64,000 nt of DNA from Candidatus Oxydemutatoraceae bacterium. GTDB taxonomy: Bacteria > Pseudomonadota > Gammaproteobacteria > Poriferisulfidales > Oxydemutatoraceae. The stretch spans positions 2,017,001 through 2,081,000 of the forward strand of contig OZ244717.1 of the NCBI GenBank assembly GCA_965218975.1, in the 5' to 3' direction. Positions 45,931-54,108 of this stretch are shown here, in pieces. Position 1 is the stretch's first letter. Each line of letters begins with the position of its first letter. The notes below the pieces were generated by a model, which saw nothing but the letters and a program-made list of their open reading frames with translations, was not told the DNA's origin and made no database searches. A program made the position numbers and the translations under genes.

Positions 45931-46992
45931 ATGCTTTTTCATCCGCCTCCTGACAATTTGTGCCTAGTGCGCTTATCATCTATCGGCGACATCGTTCACA
46001 CATTACCGGTTATCAATACCATCCAGTCGCATTGGCAAAAAACAAAAATCACTTGGATTATCGGTACGGTTGAGCACGAATTGGTTAAGACATTAACCAA
46101 TATTGAATTTATCCCGTTCAACAAAAAACGGGGAATGCGTGCATACTGGGATTTACGCCAAGCGCTAAGAGACAGATGCTTTGACTTAATGCTATTAATG
46201 CAATCTTCGTTGCGTGCCAATCTAATCCCCTTATTTGTCCGTGCAAAAACACGTTTTGGGTTTGATCGGAAACGTGCCAAAAATTTACATGGCCTGTTTG
46301 TCGACTACCGGATTCCATTTCAAAAAGAACAACATGCTCAAGATACCTTATTGAGCTTCACTGAAGCACTAGGAATGAAAAAAAGATTAATCTGGGATTA
46401 CTGTCATTCGGAACATGACACGAGTTACATCAAAAGTATTTTGCCAACTCAAAAAATTCTGAAAATTCTTTTATTGAATCCATATTCACGCCATCCTTCA
46501 AAAAACTGGTTAATTGAAAATTATGCGGCAGTTGCAGATTATGCGATAATCCGACATCAATTTTATGTGGTACTGACCGGCAGCTGCAATCCGATTGAAC
46601 GGCGTCATAATCAAAGGGTCAAGCAAGCGATGTCCCAGCCAGTACTAAACTTAACCGGCAAAACAACTATAACGCAATTGATGGCATTGCTGACCCAAGC
46701 AACGGTGTTGATTAGTCCCGACTCCGGCCCGGTACACATGGCGAATAGCGTCGGCACTCCGGTTATCGGGCTATACGCAGCAACCAACCCCGATCGCACC
46801 GCTCCTTATTTGAATCGACAATGGTGCATCAACCGCTATCCACAGGCAATCCGCGAGTATTTCAATAAAGAAATGACCGCTGTATCGTGGGGAAAGAGAA
46901 TTCGCAAAGTAGGTGCGATGCAATTGATTATGGTAGATGATGTAACGGCGCAACTTGATTGTTTTTCAGCAAACGTGACACAAACGAATTAA
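45931..46992 (+). CDS. Glycosyltransferase family 9 (LPS heptosyltransferase-like)
   Basis: RLSSIGD, DSGPVHMA, GLYA.TNP. Confidence 0.9.
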   Translation: MLFHPPPDNLCLVRLSSIGDIVHTLPVINTIQSHWQKTKITWIIGTVEHELVKTLTNIEFIPFNKKRGMRAYWDLRQALRDRCFDLMLLMQSSLRANLIPLFVRAKTRFGFDRKRAKNLHGLFVDYRIPFQKEQHAQDTLLSFTEALGMKKRLIWDYCHSEHDTSYIKSILPTQKILKILLLNPYSRHPSKNWLIENYAAVADYAIIRHQFYVVLTGSCNPIERRHNQRVKQAMSQPVLNLTGKTTITQLMALLTQATVLISPDSGPVHMANSVGTPVIGLYAATNPDRTAPYLNRQWCINRYPQAIREYFNKEMTAVSWGKRIRKVGAMQLIMVDDVTAQLDCFSANVTQTN

Positions 46993-46997
46993 AGTGC

Positions 46998-47516
46998 TTA
47001 CGACTCCTTTAACCGCGGCATCAACTCAACTAAATTGCATGGACGAGTTCGATAATCCAGCTGATATTGCAGCAGCTTGTCCCAAGCATCGGCACAAGCG
47101 CTTGCGGAACCGGGCAAGCAGAATATAAATGTTCCGTTCGCCACTCCGGCAAGCGTACGCGATTGCAAAGTAGATGTTTGAATGGACTCAAACGAAAGCA
47201 CCCGAAACATTTCACCGAACCCATCAATCTTTTTATCAAACAGAACTGCCGCAGCTTCCGGGGTTCCATCACGTCCGGTAATTCCCGTTCCTCCAGTGGT
47301 AATAATCACTTGCACTTGCGGCTCGGCAATCCACGCCGACAATACCGCGCGAATTCGATAAATATCATCGGCAACAATGCATTTTTCATAGAATTGATGC
47401 CCGGCTCGCTGCAAACGATCAACTAATAAGGCACCGGACTTATCGTCCGTCGCAGCGCGTGAATCCGATACGGTAAGTATTGCAATTTTCAGGGGAATAA
47501 AGGATCGATCCGCCAT
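46998..47516 (-). CDS. moaB: Molybdenum cofactor biosynthesis protein B
   Basis: LTVSD, TTGGTG...RD.TPEA, LPGS, RPCNLVE. Confidence 0.95.
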   Translation of the reverse strand: MADRSFIPLKIAILTVSDSRAATDDKSGALLVDRLQRAGHQFYEKCIVADDIYRIRAVLSAWIAEPQVQVIITTGGTGITGRDGTPEAAAVLFDKKIDGFGEMFRVLSFESIQTSTLQSRTLAGVANGTFIFCLPGSASACADAWDKLLQYQLDYRTRPCNLVELMPRLKES

Positions 47517-47576
47517 TTATACACACTCTAAAATAAAACCGAATTATATCGGTATTAGAAAAACCGCACTAGCCCT

Positions 47577-47595
47577 TGTACGATGCCACCCTAAA
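47577..47595 (+). repeat. Isolated left terminal repeat of the putative MITE
   Basis: TGTACGATGCCACCCTAAA, identical to 49030-49048. Confidence 0.7.
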
Positions 47596-47597
47596 CA

Positions 47598-48374
47598 TCA
47601 TTGCGATTGATGTTCACGTAAAAAAGACTTCACTTTCTCGAAACTAGCCGCCGCCGCTTTAGGGTTATACAAAACACGATGACCATAATATCGCGCATCC
47701 AGACCCGGAACGTCAAATGTATGATAGGTATTAGGGTAAACAATTAAATCTAGTCGATGCCGGTTATTATCAATCACGCGCATCCGACGGCATTCATTTG
47801 CCGGAGTCCAATCGTCATGTTCACCGATTAAAATTAGCAAATGCATATTTAAAACCGGCAGTGCATCAAGGCAATATGGATAGTAAGCGATCGCTCCTCG
47901 GATCCGGGAAAAAACTGCGCTATCGTACATATTAGTCAGTAATACAGTAGTCCCCCCATGCGAATAACCGAGCAAAAATATATTACTAGAATCAAACTGC
48001 GGATCTTTTAATATCAGCCGGACCGCATGCGCCACATCCAAAGTACGCGTCATTGGCGCAATCTTAAAAACATCATTGCAAATATTGCTATAACCTCGCC
48101 GTGTGAAACTATCAACTTGCAGAACAGCAAAGCCTCGATCAAGAAAAAAAGGCAGCCAATGCCGATCACGTTGTTCCCAAATCCCATTGCACCCGTGTAA
48201 ATCTATTATTACCGGATACGGCGATTGTCGTTCGGGAGTATGAAGTTTTATATCAAAAGATAAGCCTTCCCGATCGGGTAAAGAGGACATGGAATTCATT
48301 TGCTGAGAAATACAGGCGGGTAAAGCAATGGTTATTGCAATACTGATTACAACATTGACAGAGTATCCTTTCAT
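47598..48374 (-). CDS. Dienelactone hydrolase family (alpha/beta hydrolase), probable lipoprotein
   Basis: LHGCNG, GYSHGG nucleophile, GEHDDWTP, H.FD; LPAC lipobox. Confidence 0.85.
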   Translation of the reverse strand: MKGYSVNVVISIAITIALPACISQQMNSMSSLPDREGLSFDIKLHTPERQSPYPVIIDLHGCNGIWEQRDRHWLPFFLDRGFAVLQVDSFTRRGYSNICNDVFKIAPMTRTLDVAHAVRLILKDPQFDSSNIFLLGYSHGGTTVLLTNMYDSAVFSRIRGAIAYYPYCLDALPVLNMHLLILIGEHDDWTPANECRRMRVIDNNRHRLDLIVYPNTYHTFDVPGLDARYYGHRVLYNPKAAAASFEKVKSFLREHQSQ

Positions 48375-48519
48375 GTCACACCAAGTTTTGTCAAACCAAT
48401 TGTAGGTTACACGCCTAAAGCCGTCATGCTTAAGTGGGAAATATTACCACTTTTTTTCATATTCCGAGTTTGTTCTAATTATGGAATAATACCGTTAAAA
48501 TTAAAGATTATAGTGTTGC

Positions 48520-49008
48520 ATGCGCCAGATACTGATTGTCATTCTTATAATTGCCATTGCCTTATTCGGCAGATGGGTTTGGAAACAACCAAACAAAGTG
48601 CGTCTGCGCTGGCTAGGATATATCGCAATCACATTGCTTATCGCACTGGCAGTAACCGGCAAACTGCACTGGTTGGTCGCTGCCGGAAGCGCTATTTTGG
48701 GTTTTTTACCGATTCTTTTCAAAAAACTGATGGCATTACGCTGGATTATATTGTCATCGCAACGTTTCCGTAACGCATACCAACAAAGCAGACAACATAA
48801 ACAGCAAGATTACACCGGAAAAAACTTTGCCGACACCACCATGACTCGCGAAGAGGCTTTGGAAATTTTAGGACTCAACACCAATCCGACCCGTGAGGAA
48901 ATAGTGTCGGCACACAAACGGCTGATACAAAAATTACATCCTGACCGCGGCGGTTCACCGGCTTTGGCAAAAAAGATTAATACGGCAAAAGAAGCACTAC
49001 TGAAATGA
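48520..49008 (+). CDS. Membrane protein with C-terminal DnaJ domain
   Basis: N-terminal TMs; EALEILGL...KLHPDRGGS. Confidence 0.88.
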   Translation: MRQILIVILIIAIALFGRWVWKQPNKVRLRWLGYIAITLLIALAVTGKLHWLVAAGSAILGFLPILFKKLMALRWIILSSQRFRNAYQQSRQHKQQDYTGKNFADTTMTREEALEILGLNTNPTREEIVSAHKRLIQKLHPDRGGSPALAKKINTAKEALLK

Positions 49009-49029
49009 TTCCACATCTGAAAAAAATTC

Positions 49030-49685
49030 TGTACGATGCCACCCTAAATGGGATTTTTGAAGCGCTTCGAGAGAAGCGCTCGGTAGTAACATTCGGATTG
49101 ATGCTTTCTGTCCGTTGGTGGGTGAGACGCGCCTGGAAAGCCGATCGGTTTTCAGCGGCGAACGACCCGACAAGAACGTCGGGGCTGGAGCTTGTTGACA
49201 GAACTAAGTTTCGTCATGGGTGAGACGCGCCTGGAAAGCCGATCGGTTTTCAGCGGCGAACGACCCGACAAGAACGTCGGGGCTGGAGCTTGTTGACAGA
49301 ACTAAGTTTCGTCATGGGTGAGACGCGCCTGGAAAGCCGATCGGTTTTCAGCGGCGAACGACCCGACAAGAACGTCGGGGCTGGGGCTTGTTGACAGAAC
49401 TAAGTTTCGTCATGGGTGAGACGCGCCCGGAAAACTGAACGGTTTTCAGCGGCGAACGACCCAACAGGGATGTCGGGGCTGGGGCTTGTTGACAGAACTA
49501 AGTCGCGTCATGGGTGAAACGCGCCCGGAAAACCGAACGGTTTTCAGCGGCGAACGACCCGACAAGGACGTCGGGGCTGGGGCTTGTTGACAGAACTAAG
49601 TTTCGTCATGGACGACAGGCACTTTGCCGACAACCCCGCACAATCCGCCGACAACCCACCAACAAACACAGAACGCTTTCATCAC
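49030..49685 (+). mobile_element. Putative MITE with internally amplified core (right end missing)
   Basis: Starts TGTACGATGCCACCCT, contains 5 core units and the same tail as the 12762 copy. Confidence 0.6.
49120..49609 (+). repeat. Tandem array, 5 x 98 bp multi-hairpin unit
   Basis: Units start at 49120, 49218, 49316, 49414, 49512 (GGGTGAGACGCGCC...TTTCGTCAT). Confidence 0.95.
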
Positions 49686-49744
49686 CGGCCATTGAATGCT
49701 TCCATATCGGTGAATAGCAGGTTTTCTGCATAGTCAATACAACA

Positions 49745-50272
49745 TTGCACTTGTTGGCAGGGCTTGATTTGCCCGACGCCGGCACAATTATTGCCGATGG
49801 TGTCGTGATTGATACTATGGACGAGAATGCACGTTGTTTATGGCGTCGGGAAAAACTCGGGTTTGTCTATCAGTTTTATCATCTGCCAGCAGAATTTTCT
49901 CTGCTCGAAAATGTAATGATGCCGGTTTGGATTGCCGGGATCCGAGACCCGGAAGCACGCAGCCGAGCGGTTGATTTATTGCAGGAGGTAGGCCTGAGCC
50001 GGCGGCTCAACCATAAGCCCGCCGAGTTATCCGGCGGCGAACAACAACGCGTCGCGATCTGTCGCGCCTTAGTCACCAGACCCAGACTCGTGCTCGCGGA
50101 TGAGCCTACGGGTAACCTTGATGCGCACACTGCCGCCTTTGTCGCAGATGTTCTGCTCAGGCTCAATCAACAGAAAGGAGCAACGCTTATTGTTGCGACT
50201 CACGATTTAGAATTTGCGCAACGTTTTTATGATATCTATCGTTTGCGCGAAGGCGTGTTGAATCCGGTTTGA
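49745..50272 (+). pseudogene. 5'-truncated LolD-like ABC ATPase (no Walker A), copy 1
   Basis: Begins LHLLAGLD, just after where GKST would lie; retains GFVYQF, LSGGEQQR, LADEPTGNLD, ATHD. Confidence 0.8.
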
Positions 50273-50392
50273 TCTTGCATTGTGTGAGATTGGCCGTCGG
50301 TTGCCAGGGCAGTGTTTTCTCCGGAAATTTTCGCGGCCGCGAGACGAAGCTCGATTCCTGCAGGAGCTTCCAAAGTGGCCAAGACAAACTGA

Positions 50393-51278
50393 TCAGCAAT
50401 CCTTAAAGTTCTTTTTGACGCATTCGCGGGCAAGTGCTTGCGCTTTAGAGATATCGGCAGAGGTCATTTGTTCTTCCAATTCATCTCTTAACTTTGTTCC
50501 TTCTTCATTCCCGTTTGCGGAAGCGATGTTTGCCCACATATAGGCATAGACATTATCCTTTATTAATCCCTGGCCAAAAAGCATACGCCATACCCAGATT
50601 AGATTGCGCATCTGCATTTCCCTGTTCGGCAGCGCGTCTGAACCACTCCGTTGCTTTCTGACCATCCCGAGGAACACCTTCTCCGTTGTCATACATCACA
50701 CCCAGATTAAATTGTGCATCTGCATCTCCCTGTTCGGCAGCGCGTCTGAACCACTCCGTTGCTTTCTGATAATCCTGAGAAACACCGCGTCCCTCGGCAT
50801 ACATCACACCCAGATTAAATTGCGCATCTGCATGCCCCTGTTCGGCAGCGCGTCTGAACCACTCCACTGCTTTCTGATAATCCTGAGGAACACCGACTCC
50901 CGCGGCATACGCCAAGCCCAGATTATATTGCGCACTCGCATCTCCCTGTTCGGCGGCGCGTCTGTACCATTCCGTTGCTTTCTGATTATCCTGGGAAACA
51001 CCGCGTCCCTCGGCATACGCCGCGCCCAGATTAAATTGCGCATCTACGTTTCCCTGTTCGGCAGCGTATCTGAACCACTCCACCGATTGCGGATTGTCCT
51101 GGGAAACACCGGGTCTACTCTTGTACTCGAGATTTAGTGGGAATGACCCTTCTTTGTGCTCGACCTTTACTGAAAGTGGCTTTAGAAAGCCTTTCCATTC
51201 CTGAGAATCAGCGGAATAGGCAAACGACCCGAACAGGAGTGTGGACAATAAAACAGGAATGACGGGTAGATCTCTCAT
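50393..51278 (-). pseudogene. Secreted SEL1-like repeat protein, copy 1; frameshift near C-terminus
   Basis: Signal peptide, about 5 36-aa AQxNLGxxYxxGxGV repeats; extra T in T5 run at 50576-50580 shifts the C-cap into another frame. Confidence 0.85.
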
Positions 51279-51300
51279 ACTTGGATTATAGTCAAATAAC

Positions 51301-51900
51301 TGTACGATGTTACCCTAAATAGGATTCTTACAGGGCCTCGGTAGGCCTCGGCAGAAGCGTTTGGCAACAACATTCGGATCAGTGCTTTCTGTCCGTTGCC
51401 GGGTGAGACGCGCCTGGAAAACCGATCGGTTTTCAGCGGCGAACGACCCGACAAGAACGTCGGGGCTGGGGCTTGTTGACAGAACTAAGTTTCGTCATGG
51501 GTGAGACGCGCCCGGAAAACTGAACGGTTTTCAGCGGGGTTTTCAGCGGCGAACGACCCGACAAGAACGTCGGGGCTGGGGCTTGTTGACAGAACTAAGT
51601 TTCGTCATGGGTGAGACGCGCCCGGAAAACTGAACGGTTTTCAGCGGGGTTTTCAGCGGCGAACGACCCGACAAGAACGTCGGGGCTGGGGCTTGTTAAC
51701 AGAACTAAGTTTCGTCATGGGTGAACGCGCCCGGAAAACTGAACGGTTTTCAGCGGGGTTTTCAGCGGCGAACGACCCGACAGGGATGTCGGGGCTGGGG
51801 CTTGTTGACAGAACTAAGTCGCGTCATGGACGACAGGCACTTTGCCGACAACCCCGCACAATCCGCCGACAACCCACCAACAAACACAAAACGGTTTCAC
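51301..51900 (+). mobile_element. Putative MITE, second amplified copy
   Basis: Starts TGTACGATGTTACCCTAAA; same leader, core and tail as 49030 copy. Confidence 0.6.
51401..51827 (+). repeat. Tandem array, 4 units (98, 110, 110, 109 bp)
   Basis: Units start at 51401, 51499, 51609, 51719; last three carry a 12-bp GGTTTTCAGCGG duplication. Confidence 0.95.
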
Positions 51901-51962
51901 AGCCGGTCATTGAATGCTTGCGTGTCGGTGAATAGCAGGTTTTCTGCATAATCAATACAACA

Positions 51963-52490
51963 TTGCACTTGTTGGCAGGGCTTGATTTGCCCGACGCCGG
52001 CACGATTATTGCCGACGGTATCGTGATTGACACCATGGACGAGAATACGCGCTGTTTGTGGCGTCGAGAAAAACTCGGGTTTGTCTATCAGTTTTATCAT
52101 CTGCCGGCGGAATTTTCTCTGCTCGAAAATGTAATGATGCCGGTTTGGATTGCCGGGACCAGAGACCCGGAAGCACGCAGCCGAGCGGTTGATTTATTAC
52201 AGGCGGTAGGCCTGGGCCGGCGGCTCAACCATAAGCCTGCCGAGTTATCCGGCGGTGAACAACAACGTGTCGCGATCTGCCGCGCCTTAGTTACCAAACC
52301 CAGACTCGTACTCGCGGATGAAGCGACGGGCAACCTTGACGCGCACACTGCCGCCTTTGTCGCAGATATTCTGCTCAGGCTGAATCAACAGGAAGGAGCG
52401 ACGCTTATTGTTGCAACTCACGATTTAGAGTTTGCGCAACGTTTTGATGATGTCTATCGTTTGTGCGAAGGCGTGTTGAATCCGGTTTGA
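51963..52490 (+). pseudogene. 5'-truncated LolD-like ABC ATPase, copy 2
   Basis: Same length and truncation point as copy 1; DEPT changed to DEAT. Confidence 0.8.
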
Positions 52491-52609
52491 CCTTGCATTG
52501 TGTGAGATTGGCCGTCGGTTACCAGGCAGTGTTCTCTACGGACATTTTCGCGGCCGCAAGACAAAGCTCGGTTTCCGCAGGAACTCTCAAAGCAATCGAG
52601 ACAAGCTGA

Positions 52610-53922
52610 TCAGCAATTCTTAAAGTTCTTTTTGACGCATTCGCGGGCAAGATCTTGCGCTTTAGAGATATCGGCAGAGGTCATTTGTTCTTCCAATTCA
52701 TCTCTTAACTTTGCTCCTTCTTCATTCCCGTTTGCGGAAGCGATGTTCAGCCACATATAGGCATAGACATTATCCTTTGTTAACCCCTGGCCCGAAGCAT
52801 ACACCCCGCCCAGTTTATATTGCGCGCTTGCATTCCCCTGTTCGGCAGCGCGTCTGAACCACTCCGTTGCTTTCTGATCATCCTGAGGAACACCGTGTCC
52901 CTCGGCATACCTCACACCCAGATTATATTGCGCATCTGCATATCCCTGTTCGGCAGCACGTTTGTACCACTCCGTTGCTTTCTGATCATCCTGAGGAACA
53001 CCGTGTCCCTTGCCATACATCACGCCCAGATAAAATTGCGCATCTGCATATCCCTGTTCGGCAGCGCGTCTGAACCACTCCATTGCTTTCTGATAATCCT
53101 GAGGAACACCGCGTCCGTTGGCATACATCCAACCCAGATTAGATTGCGCACGTGCATTTCCCTGTTCGGCAGCGCGTCTGGCCCACTTCATTGCTTCCTG
53201 ATCATCCTGAGGAACGCCGTGTCCCTCGGCATACATCCCACCCAGATTAAATTGCGCACTTGCATCTCCCTGTTCGGCAGCACGTCTGTACCACTTCACT
53301 GCCGCCTGATAATCCTGAGAAACACCGTGTCCGTTGGCATACATCACGCCCAGACTATATTGCGCACTTGCATTCCCTTGTTCGGCAGCGAGCCTGTACC
53401 ACGCGGCTTGAACCTTACTCAAGATACTGAACATAATCTTGCATTCCCCTGTCTGGCAGCGTGTCTGTACCACTCCGTTGCTTTCTGATCATCCCGAGGA
53501 ATACCACGTCCCTTGTCATACATCATACCTAGAAGATTTTGTGCATCTGCATCTCCCTGATCGGCAGCGCGTCTGAACCACTCCGTTGCTTTCTGATCAT
53601 CCTGAGGAACACCTTCTCCGTTGGCATACATCACGCCCAGATTAAATTGCGCACCTGCATGCCCCTGTTCGGCAGCGAGCCTGTACCACTTTACTGCTTC
53701 CTGATAGTCTTGGGGAACACCTTCTCCGTTGTTATACATCCGGGCCAGATTGTACTGCGCGTCCGCATCTCCTTGCTTAGCGAGAGGCATCCACTCTTGC
53801 AGAGCAGTCGCAAAGTCTCTCTTATCATAAGCATCCAACCCTTTCTGAAAATCAGCAGAATAGGCAAACGACCCGAACAGGAGTGTGGACAATAAAATAG
53901 AAATGACGGGTAGAGCTCTCAT
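52610..53922 (-). pseudogene. Secreted SEL1-like repeat protein, copy 2; split into two ORFs
   Basis: Signal peptide plus about 3 repeats (53419-53922) and about 6 repeats with C-cap (52610-53400), separated by a non-repeat segment near 53402-53436. Confidence 0.85.
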
Positions 53923-54108
53923 ACTTGGATTATAGTCAAATAACTGTACGATGTTACCCTAAATGGGATTCTTATTGAATCCGGTTTGACCTTGCATTGT
54001 GTGAGATTGGCCGTCGGTTGCCAGGCAGTGTTCTCTCCGGACATTTTCGCAGTCGCGAGACAAAGCTCGGTTTCCGCAGGAACTTTCAAAACGGCCAAGA
54101 CAAACTGA

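Noticed and set aside
49120-51827. CRISPR array interpretation of the tandem repeats
   Set aside because: Units are near-identical over their full length with no unique spacers, and no cas genes are in the window.
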